Notes under the pieces: model-generated
The model's input: only the letters and a program-made list of their open reading frames with translations
Databases searched by the model: none
Told to the model about the DNA's origin: nothing
In this document: positions 47,801 through 58,429 of the stretch, one piece after another
How positions within the stretch are numbered: the first letter of the stretch is position 1
Layout: each line of letters begins with the position of its first letter
Translations under genes and position numbers: made by a program
Assembly (NCBI GenBank): GCA_002269645.1
Contig: NIVC01000896.1
Coordinates: 186,001 to 250,000 of the forward strand
Reading direction: 5' to 3'
DNA length: 64,000 nucleotides
From: Macrostomum lignano
Lineage: Eukaryota

Positions 47801-50116
47801 TTGTTTACCCAATAGAGACAGAATGGCGCTGAAAGTCATACTTTGATTTAAGACCGTCGAGGGAGTCATTTAAAAGGCGACCAAGGTCTGGCAGCCATGG
47901 AATTAATGAAGCTGGTCCCATGGAATTCCGCCAGTTCGAGTCTGGTACATGGCGGCAGCTGGAGGAGTCCCAACTTTTTGCCTACCAACTTTTTATCTTG
48001 CGCCCCGGGGCGAGATGAATTATCCAATATCCGGTCCCATAGGGCAGCTGTCATATTACTGGCCACTGGCTCTCGGGCCTCCAAAGACGGTCCCGAAACT
48101 CCCCAGACGATGTTAGAGAGGGAGAGACGAAAATGAGGAGAACAGAGGAAGAGAAGAAGGTGTCCCCAGCTGGCTGACCAAGCGCTCATTTCCTAGTCTG
48201 ACGAGTCTTCAGTTATGACTTTTTCTGCGCCGCGGTACAGACTAGCAGGCTTAGCGAAAGTGACTGGGGAATTAGCGTGGGTGTTAGGGCCACTGCCGCC
48301 GGGTGGTTCGAATGCCAGCGTGTGAGACCGTGCGGGACGTCCCATCCTGCCTTCCACTAGTAACTCAGGGATCGAATGCAAGTTCTGAAGACTATGAGTT
48401 AGGGAAGCTAAGCGTGAGTGGATTAGCATCGAATTAGTGTTGGATTAAGTGCGCTTGTAAGCTGTTCATTTTAGCTGCCACTTTTAGCTGTGCCTTTGCT
48501 GGTTAGATTAGGTCAGTAGCGCAGCCAGTAGGGCAGAGAGGCACGGCCCTTCCCCATTAGTTTGAAAAAATATAAGATACCGTTCTGCAGTAGTTTGCGT
48601 GGCGCAAGCTGACTTGAATAAGTGCCTACAAAGACTTGGCCCCAAGGATGTGCCCGCCCCTAACGACGTGCCTCTAACGACGTGCCCATGACGACGTGCC
48701 CCTCAAAGACGTCCCCCTCAAAGACGTGCAACCCAAAGACGTGCCCCTCAAAGACGTGCCCCTCAAAGACGTGCAACCCAAAGACATGCCCCTCAAAGAC
48801 GTGCAACCCAAAGACGTGCCCCTCAAAGATGTGCCCCTCAAAGATGTGCCCCTCAAAGATATGCCCCTCAAAGACGTGCCCCTCAAAGACGTGCAACCCA
48901 AAGACGTGCCCCTCAAAGATGTGCCCCTCAAAGACGTGCCCCTCAAAGACGTGCAACCCAAAGACGTGCCCCTCAAAGATGTGCCCCTCAAAGATGTGCC
49001 CCTCAAAGACGTGCAACCCAAAGACGTGCCCCTCAAAGATGTGCCCCTCAAAGACGTGCCCCTCAAAGACGTGCCCCTCAAAGACGTGCAACCCAAAGAC
49101 GTGCCCCTCAAAGATGTGCCCCTCAAAGACGTGCCCCTCAAAGACGTGCCCCTCAAAGATGTGCCCCTCAAAGACGTTCAACCCAAAGACGTGCCCCTCA
49201 AAGATGTGCCCCTCAAAGACGTGCCCCTCAAAGACGTGCAACCCAAAGACGTGCCCCTCAAAGATGTGCCCCTCAAAGATGTGCCCCTCAAAGATATGCC
49301 CCTCAAAGACGTGCCCCTCAAAGACGTGCAACCCAAAGACGTGCCCCTCAAAGATGTGCCCCTCAAAGACGTGCAACCCAAAGACGTGCCCCTCAAAGAT
49401 GTGCCCCTCAAAGATGCCCCTCAAAGACGTGCAACTCAGAGACGTGCCCCTCAAAGACGTGCCCCTCAAAGACGTGCAACCCAAAGACATGCAACTCAAA
49501 GACGTGCCCCTCAAAGACGTGCAACCCAAAGACATGCAACTCAAAGACGTGCCCCTCAAAGACGTGCAACCCAAAGACATGCAACTCAAAGACGTGCCCA
49601 CAAAGACGTACCCACTACTATAGCTGCTGCAACAGTAGGTAAACTTACGAATATCAGTGGGCTTAATCTCGTTGCTCTTTCGGCCAATGAAAGCAATTGC
49701 CGCAACAACGTGTGAGCTGTTGTGATAGCTGCAGTTGTCTCTGCTGCCGGATATTTCAACTAAAACATGTGTTGGACATTAATCATCAAGAGAAATCGAT
49801 GGCAAACAAACACAGAACGATGCAATTGATACTCACTGGCTTCCTGAGTCCACACAAAGTGAGTCTTTTTCCCAGCTGGCATGGTTTTCCTTTCGAAGCA
49901 CTTTCGCCACAGGCCCGAGTGCATGGCGTTGATTTTCGTTGTCCCGTTGACGCTCGTCTCCCTCTCGAAGGTGTAGATCCAGAAGTCGGTCGACACGGAC
50001 ACCGTCAGGATGAAGAAGGCGCTGCACGCGTTGATGCACATCATGTGCACCAGAGCCCGCTTCTTGCCGCAGGCCGACGCCGCGGCAGCCGCTCCGCTTG
50101 GCACCTGAGACACCAT
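44875..50116 (-). CDS. CACNG: Stargazin/TARP-like protein (CACNG, PMP22-claudin superfamily) with one apparent frameshift in the last exon
   Basis: Exons 50116-49837, 49759-49649, 47128-46988, 46012-45693, 45485-44875. TDFWIY, HSGLWRKC, VASLFP, YKYGSSFY and C-terminal KAKTTPV. A -1 frame change near 45268 is needed to reach TTPV. Confidence 0.85.
46140..46700 (+). mobile_element. Non-LTR retrotransposon 3' fragment (CCHC zinc-knuckle end of ORF2), degenerate
   Basis: Plus-frame translation ...IRSEECSFCLYGVENAEHTICECTAFTQDRLTYLG matches the C-X2-C...H-X4-C terminus of RNase H-type LINEs, with an in-frame stop and a frameshift. Confidence 0.65.
48660..49610. repeat. 15-bp minisatellite (GACGTGCCCCTCAAA), CACNG intron 2
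   Basis: About 63 copies, starting ~40 nt after the donor at 49648. Confidence 0.97.
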
Positions 50117-52284
50117 TCTCTTCTGACGCGACTGAGCAGTCAGTTCAGTCAATATTTAGCTCGAGGTTAATAGAATCGCAGCTACAAGAAAGGCAGCCAA
50201 ATCAGTACAGTTATTAACTTGAGAAGATCGGCAGTGTTAAGGATGGATGAGTGGGTTGAACTGCTAAGAAGTCTTGGCGACTAGTTAACCTCAGAGGCGT
50301 GGCGGCAGTCAAGGGGGTAAGAGAGAGAGGGAGAGAGGGTCCAGAGAAGCGGGATTGATGGAGAGAGGTTTGGAGAAGTGAGAGTGGGTAGAGATGGACA
50401 TCCCCTTCCCCAAACTCCCGCCCAATATCGTCCATCGATAACCCAGCGTTAAAGTCTTGTTTGCCCGTTCTGTCGCACTCTGCCAGTGTTGGTGCTGTGG
50501 AGGGGGGGGGGCTTCGGCGCGAGCTCAGGCCGCGCAAGCTCGGGAAAAGGACGAGAGCGAGGCACGCAGAGTCAGGGAGACAGGGAGGGGGCTGGAGGGG
50601 AACAGAGGACAGGGAAAGGGAGTCAGCCATCTGCAGTTGAGTCGAATGCGCGCCCGTAGGTCGGGGGTGTGGGTTAGCAGAGAAGAGTTCGAGTTGAGAG
50701 AAAGGTTTTGAGAGAGGACGGCGGGGCTGGGAGAAGGACAGGTTGTTGATGATGAGCTAAAAAGGAGCCACCCCAAGCTCCGAGGACGTCCACCCCCGAG
50801 AATCCTCATCCCCAGCCTCCTCGAGGCAGTCGATTAGGCAAGAAAAAGAGCGAGCAGCAGACAGCGGAGATCAGTTGGCAGCGGAGATCCCGGATGGAAG
50901 ACGGACGGGTCACCCACCGCTGCTCAGCTCTTCCCCCTACTTGACTCACCAGCCTGGACTCTATCCCACTTTGCAGGACTGGGATCGCGGATATCCAAGG
51001 GATATGGCGTGGTATGAAATTCGTTCAAAAAAGGGGGACAGATGATTCACCCCCCCGGGTATTTGAGAGCTTTGGAAATTTATTATGGGGAAAGAAATGC
51101 ATTAACGAAATTGGCATACAGCATTTCTGAGTTGCGTTCCCCCCCTCTCTCTCCCTCTGTCTCTTTTTATACAATCTCATTGAAAAGCGAGTTAAAAGTG
51201 CACGCATGCATGGGTTTTTTACGATGGCGCGCGGAATCGAATCGGCATACAAATCGGCCCATCAGTTTTTAGTAATGGGTGCAGATTAATTAAAAATCGG
51301 CAGCAGGGCTGTGTTTCAACAATCCCACAAATTTGCGTTCTGCTTGTAAAAAGGAATTCGCGGCCCGCGGTGCGTGCCTCGGGCCGATTTTATAAATGGG
51401 GATGCAAAGAGTGAAAATATGGGGCAAGGAAGTGGATGGGGAGACCGAGAGGCAGAGCCGAACTAGAAACCGCCTCTTTAACTTGCTGAATTGGCTGGCC
51501 AAGCCATGGAGTTCTGGAATCGTGGGTGGAAACAATATTTCAATCATAAATCAAATACAAAACGGAAAAACCTTTGCCAAAATTAATCATCCACACAACT
51601 GGCAACTGCCGCAATACACAAATCAATAAAACCGACAAATATGCATAATGTGTGTGGTCTAAACGTATGTTGTTGCAATGAATTTCTATTCCGGAAGCTA
51701 CATTAGCACAGTCCATGGCCTGATCTGCATCGAAGTTTAGCCAGATACCAAATTCCTAGAGAGCTTAGCTGAAGTCCAGCTGACAAGATAGATGATGTTC
51801 CAAAATAATTGGGATGAAGCCAAATTCTCCCTCTATAGCAGGAGGCTGTGCAAGGGTATCGATGTAGAGCCAAAATAAAACTGCGATATAATAACTGGGA
51901 ATGCACAATACCAGCCTGATTACCAATCTGTACTCCAACCCCAGTCGTATATATGCATCTACATCATCTATCTTCATTATTCTCTGAGAGTTTCTCAGTT
52001 ATATCCTGCTGTGTGCTGCTCAGGTTCTAAAGGTGCAAAATCGTAACTGTTTCGCAGATCGTAATTATGCGATCTCTACCAGCTTCAATGTGCAGAACTG
52101 AAATAATTGAGGGTGTGTATCAGTGTGTCTGAGAGTGCTCGGTGATGAGTGCCATAATTAGGCGCAACTGCTTGCCTGCTCTCTGGCTGCGGGAGCGACT
52201 GCTACCTTGATTTTCGGCACTTAGTGCTCAAAGACCCCCCCTGCATTGGTGCCCCTTGGTGCTGACGCTCCTTGGGACTGGCGC

Positions 52285-52935
52285 CTCTCTTAAATAAAGT
52301 GGCACCTCTCTCAAAGAAATGGCACCTCTCTAAAATAAAGTAACGCCTCTCTCAAAGAAGTGGCGTCTCTCTCAAATAAAGTGACGCCTCTCTTAAAGAA
52401 GTGGCGCCTCTCTCAAATAGTGGCGCCTCTCTCAAATAAAGTGGCGCCTCTCTCAAATAAAGTGGCGCCTCTCTCAAATAAAGTGGCGCCTCTCTCAAAG
52501 AAGTGGCGCCTCTCTCAAAGAAGTGGCACCTCTCAAATAAAGTGGCGCCTCTCTCAAAGAAGTGGCACCTCTCAAATAAAGTGGCGCCTCTCTCAAAGAA
52601 GTGGCACCTCTCAAATAAAGTGGCGCCTCTCTCAAATAAAGTGACGCCTCTCTCAAATAAAGTGACGCCTCTCTCAAATAAAGTGACGCCTCTCTCTAAT
52701 AAAGTGGCGTCTCTCTCAAAGACGCGCCTCTAATTTGGCGCCTCTCTCAAAGAAGTGGCGCCTCTCTGAAGTAAAGTGGCGCCTCTTTGAAGTAAAGTGG
52801 CCCCTCTTTAAAATAAATTGGCGCCACTCTCAAAGAAGTGGCGCCTCGCGGCATCTTTCAAATAAAGTGGCGCCTCTCTCACAGAAGTGGCGACTCTCCC
52901 AAATAAAATGGCGGCTCTCTCAAAGAAGTGGCGCA
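52285..52935. repeat. 21-bp minisatellite (AAATAAAGTGGCGCCTCTCTC)
   Basis: Direct inspection. Confidence 0.93.
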
Positions 52936-53724
52936 CCCCACGCCCCCAAATAAATGCAGACGGCTCTCTAATGAAAGTTCCTGTCTACACCCCACTGCGC
53001 GAACATTAGTAACATGTAGCAATGATGCAAAGCAATTCTTGACCAAAATAAGTGTAGCCTGAACTTTTCCTGGCACTATATAATTATTACTTAACTCGGA
53101 AAAAGTTATCCCAGCCTCCCCTCATTTGCCCAACATCACCTCATAGACCAAAAGTAGGGAAAAGATATTCAGAGCTAGTCAAGTTATTGGAAAATTATAT
53201 AGACGAGAGAGCCGAGAGGAAACTTCGATTTTTTGGCTCAGCAGGCAGGCCTCTCCACGCGGCCGCTGTCCGTTATCAGTTCATCGTCTGGAGAGAGTTC
53301 AGTATCTGCCCGGCCCAAGCCGCAATCGATTCGACAATGGCCGCGGAATGAGTTGAGTCTACGGTGTAGGGGGAGTTGCACCGGCCGCTCAGCATGGTGT
53401 GGATTCTGAGAACGGCACTTGTCTATAACCATAGGCATTGCTCCTCTCTGTAAGCCAGCCTCCTTCTTCATCTGATGCAACGGAAAGGCACAGAGCATCG
53501 CGTGGACACACGCGAAAATTGCTGTGCGTCCAATTTGCATAGCCGCTAAATTGGAGCAGGGGCGGTGGGGAGCCGTGCAGGCGCGATCAGCTCCGCTCCA
53601 GAAAAAATTTTTTAGTCAAACAGTAAATGACTGGCTACTTGTGCCTGGTAAAAAATTTCTAACCAATTTTTCCCCGAGCTCGGCATGCGGTTGATAGAAG
53701 AGAACTGGAAGTCAAAACTCGGCT

Positions 53725-55560
53725 GAGAATGAGTGACACTGAAAGTGAGTGAGAGAGTGACACTGAAAGTGAGTGAGAGAGTGACACTGAAAGTGAGTGA
53801 GAGAGTGACACTGAAAGTGAGTGAGAGAGTGACACTCAAAGTGAGAGAGTGACACTTCAAGTGAGTGAGAGAGTGACACTGAAAGTGAGTGAGAGAGTGA
53901 CACTCAAAGTGAGAGAGTGACACTGAAAGTGAGTGAGAGAGTGATACTGAAAGTGAGTGAGAGAGTGACACTCAAAGTGAGAGAGTGACACTGAAAGTGA
54001 GTGAGAGAGTGATACTGAAAGTGAGTGAGAGAGTGACACTCAAAGTGAGAGAGTGACACTGAAAGTGAGTGAGAGAGTGACACTCAAAGTGAGAGAGTGA
54101 CACTGAAAGTGAGTGAGAGAGTGATACTGAAAGTGAGTGAGAGAGTGACACTCAAAGTGAGAGAGTGACACTTCAAGTGAGTGAGAGAGTGACACTTCAA
54201 GTGAGTGAGAGAGTGACACTGAAAGTGAGTGAGAGAGTGACACTCAAAGTGAGTGAGAGAGTGACACTGAAAGTGAGTGAGAGAGTGATACTGAAAGTGA
54301 GTGAGAGAGTGACACTCAAAGTGAGAGAGTGACACTCAAAGTGAGAGAGTTACACTGAAAGTAAGTGAGAGAGTGACACTGAAAGTGAGTGAGAGAGTGA
54401 CACTCAAAGTGAGAGAGTGACACTGAAAGTGAGTGAGAGAGTGACACTGAAAGTAAGTGAGAGAGAGTGACACTGAAAGTGAGTGAGAGAGAGTGACACT
54501 GAAAGCAAGTGAGAGAGTGACACTGAAAGCAAGTGAGAGAGTGACACTGAAAGTGAGTGAGAGAGTGACACTCAAAGTGAGAGAGTGACACTTCAAGTGA
54601 GTGAGAGAGTGACACTGAAAGTGAGTGAGAGAGTGACACTCAAAGTGAGAGAGTGACACTGAAAGTGAGTGAGAGAGTGATACTGAAAGTGAGTGAGAGA
54701 GTGACACTCAAAGTGAGAGAGTGACACTGAAAGTGAGTGAGAGAGTGATACTGAAAGTGAGTGAGAGAGTGACACTCAAAGTGAGAGAGTGACACTGAAA
54801 GTGAGTGAGAGAGTGACACTCAAAGTGAGAGAGTGACACTGAAAGTGAGTGAGAGAGTGATACTGAAAGTGAGTGAGAGAGTGACACTCAAAGTGAGAGA
54901 GTGACACTTCAAGTGAGTGAGAGAGTGACACTTCAAGTGAGTGAGAGAGTGACACTGAAAGTGAGTGAGAGAGTGACACTCAAAGTGAGTGAGAGAGTGA
55001 CACTGAAAGTGAGTGAGAGAGTGATACTGAAAGTGAGTGAGAGAGTGACACTCAAAGTGAGAGAGTGACACTCAAAGTGAGAGAGTTACACTGAAAGTAA
55101 GTGAGAGAGTGACACTGAAAGTGAGTGAGAGAGTGACACTCAAAGTGAGAGAGTGACACTGAAAGTGAGTGAGAGAGTGACACTGAAAGTAAGTGAGAGA
55201 GAGTGACACTGAAAGTGAGTGAGAGAGAGTGACACTGAAAGCAAGTGAGAGAGTGACACTGAAAGCAAGTGAGAGAGTGACACTGAAAGTGAGTGAGAGA
55301 GTGACACTGAAAGTGAGAGAGAGAGAGTGACACTGAAAGCAAGTGAGAGAGTGACACTGAAAGCAAGTGAGAGAGTGACACTGAAAGTGAGTGAGAGTGA
55401 CACTGAAAGTGAGTGAGAGTGACACTGAAAGTGAGTGAAAAAGTGACACTGAAAGTGAGTGAGAGAGTGACTCTGAAAGTGAGTGACACGTGACGCTAAA
55501 AGTGAGTGAGAGAGACACTGAAAATGACTGAGTGGCACTCAAAGATACTGAGTAATGATT
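53725..55560. repeat. 24/20-bp minisatellite (GAGTGACACTGAAAGTGAGTGAGA) with a 736-bp higher-order period
   Basis: Identical ORF-track entries recur 736 bp apart (54040/54776, 54084/54820, 53857/54593). Confidence 0.95.
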
Positions 55561-56010
55561 GAGAGTAGTGAAAGAGAAAGTGAGGTGAAAGAGAGTGACA
55601 CTGAAAAGGAGCGAGAGCGACTCAAAAAGTGACTAAAAGGGTGAAAATGAATGGGATTGAGAGTGACGTAGAAAGTAACTTAAAAGTGACATTCAAATTT
55701 TGATGCTTTACTGCATTAAAAAACCATACACAATGCATGTACGAGCGTTTATAAGTTCAAGAAGTACTTAGTTTAGCAAGAATTTTCAGATTCTCCAAAA
55801 CAAGCACTCACACTGAGACTGCAATTTGTGAGAAAGCCTCATGCACTTCAGTAGACTCAAAGCAGTCACGTGACCCAAAGCAGGCAGCAATATTAAATTA
55901 AATTCGGCCAACTTTTACCAAGCGCGCAAGATGCGACACAAAAATTGAAAATCAACTTTGATTGAATCAGCATCCTGGTAGCCAGTCAGTCAGTCAGTCA
56001 GGAGTCCAAT

Positions 56011-56693
56011 TTAAATTGCGTGCAAAACTCCGGACAAACAAATTGGACGCAAGCAATTTAACAGTAGGAATTTTACCCCAAGCCCATTTTTCGCCCAGGA
56101 AAGAAAAATCGGACACAGTTGCAACAGGATGTCTGAATGTCGGGGTAATGTCTGAATGTTTGTGAGACCAGTTGAGGATGTCCGGGAGTTGAGGCTTGCC
56201 CACTGTCGAGGCTGGATCAGTGAAACAAGAGAAATTCGCATCAGGGTGTCCACAGTCACCTGGTGCCACCTGTTGAAGGTCCAGAAGCTCCGTCTGGGTG
56301 AAGGCCAGTGACCAACGAAGTCAGAGCTGATGCAGACACATGTGGTCGATGTGCTGATGAAAATTGGAGGCTTGGCAAGGCTGCACTGAGGCGCATGATT
56401 GGCGCACAGGGGTGTACTGAATACATGGCGCTTATGGAAATAATCCGACCTTCTGGCAGAATTGTTGAATATCTCGACGGTTCGGAGGGCTGGCGACTTG
56501 ATTCTTGTTTGAGAAGGTACTGTTGATCCTAGAATCAAGCTACCTGCGAAGACCTGCCTTTCATTGTCTATGGCACAAAAGGGGTCTGTCATATCCACGT
56601 TTGCCCGATGGGAAATCTGTCCGGCTCCACAAACCCCCTTTGGGCCATAGACTGGATGCTGATCAACTCTCGTCTCACATCCCCAAAGCTCTC
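56011..56693 (-). other. Unidentified open frame (~227 codons) behind a good 3' splice site; possible exon of an unknown gene or TE remnant
   Basis: TTTACAG acceptor at 56694, open frame to 56011, non-repetitive sequence. No family recognised. Confidence 0.3.
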
Positions 56694-57354
56694 CTGTAAA
56701 TAAATAAGAAAACTAAGTAAATAAATAAATAAATAAAACGCAAAATCAAGCTCACAGCAAAAAGTTCAAGCGCAGTGTGCTTAAAATCAGAGTCACAAAT
56801 CGAATGACTAGAAAGGGTTTAAAAAAGAACACCGATATAAAAATCTTCAAAGCTTGAACAATTATTATATAATTATTGTATTTATAAATATGTATTTTCA
56901 GCTGACGGCATCTGACCAAAGCAGAATTGCACTTTTAAAGCAGTAAAATATGGATTAACTATTGTTTTCGAGGGAATCTGCGCAATTGAGAGAAGAAAAC
57001 CAATTCCTAATCCAGGAGGGAAAACGCAAGATAATTTTTTTTCTGATTTATTAATTATTGATATAAACATGAAAAACAACTTGACAAGCCAACAACAACA
57101 TAGCAGTGGAAATAGCAAAAATGTTACAAATAAACAAGGTAGAGAAGTGTGCTAGCAACAACTGACAACAGTTAATAACTTGAACAACTCTCACTATCTG
57201 TACTGATAAATAAGCCTGTTAAAATAGCTCAATACAATATTCTCTTCTTTTCATAACTACATTCCAGTTTATTATTCACAAAACTTAAAATTAAATCACA
57301 TTTGAAGGTGAATAAGTTTTTATCAGATTGGGTCAAGTCGATTTGAAAATGTGT

Positions 57355-58130
57355 GTCATGAGATTTAGGAATCTCAGGACGGGATTGAGGAATCTCAAGA
57401 TGAGATTTAGGAATCTCAAGATAAGAATTAGGAATCTCAAGATGAGAATTAGGATTCTCAAGATGAGATTTAGAAATTTCGAGATGAGAATTAGGAATAT
57501 CAAGATGAGAATTAGGATTCTCAAGATGAGATTTAGAAATTTCGAGATGAGAATAAGGAATATCAAGATGAGATTTAGGAATCTCAAGATGAGAATTAGG
57601 ATTCTCAAGATGAGATTCAGAAATTTCGAGATGAAATTTAGGAATCTTCAGATTAAATTTAGAAACCTCGAGATGAGATTTTGGAATCTTAATATGAGAT
57701 TTAGGAATCTTCAGATGAGATTTAGAAATCTCGAGATGAGATTTAGGAATCTTAATATGAGATTTAGGAATCTTCAGATGAGATTTAGAAATCTCGAGAT
57801 GAGATTTAGGAATCTCAAGAAAAAAATTAGGAATCTCAAGATGAGAATTAGGATTCACAAGATGAGATTTAGGTATCGCAAGATGAGATTTAGGAATCTC
57901 AAGATGAGATTTAGGAATCTCAAGATGAGATTTAGGAATCTCAAGATGAGATTTAGGAATCTCAAGATGAGATTTAGGAATCTCAAAATGAGATTTAGGA
58001 ATCTTAAGATAAGATGAGATTTAGGAATCTCAAGATGAGATTTAGGAATCTTCAGATTAAATTTAAAAATCTCGAGATGAGATTTAGGAATCTCTAGTTG
58101 AGATTTAGGAATCTCTAGATGAGATTTTGA
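57355..58130. repeat. 21-bp minisatellite (GATGAGATTTAGGAATCTCAA)
   Basis: About 36 copies. Each holds an internal inverted repeat GAGATT-TAGG-AATCTC. Confidence 0.95.
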
Positions 58131-58429
58131 AATCCAACGGAGACAGCCCAGTCAGATCACCAACAGCGGGACGGACGCTATACTTCATGTAACAAACCAG
58201 CCGAATTAGCAGACAAAACAGAGAGGGCTACAAAAAGTTCATATTGATAAATCAGACAGTCAGAGTAGCTTTTCAATACAAATGGAGAGGTGCATTTAAC
58301 CACAACATACTACTGATATTGCAGAAAGCTAGTAGTAGCTATAGTATATAGTGCATATGATTAGTCATATTTGCATAAATCAGACGCGCAAAAAAGTTCA
58401 ACCAGCTGGTCAGGCAACAGCGAACGTCT

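Noticed and set aside
48660-49715. 313-339-aa ORFs (PLKDV)n, (CPSKT)n, (FEGHV)n
   Set aside because: 15-bp intronic minisatellite with unit length divisible by 3; lies inside CACNG intron 2.
53238-53560. 100-aa ORF and an alternative frame (GYANWTHSNF...) as a lectin-like exon
   Set aside because: No convincing family motif and no phase-consistent link to neighbouring exons.
57229-58017. ORFs (MRFRNLK)n and (HLEIPKS)n
   Set aside because: 21-bp repeat translation; no start context or unique domain.
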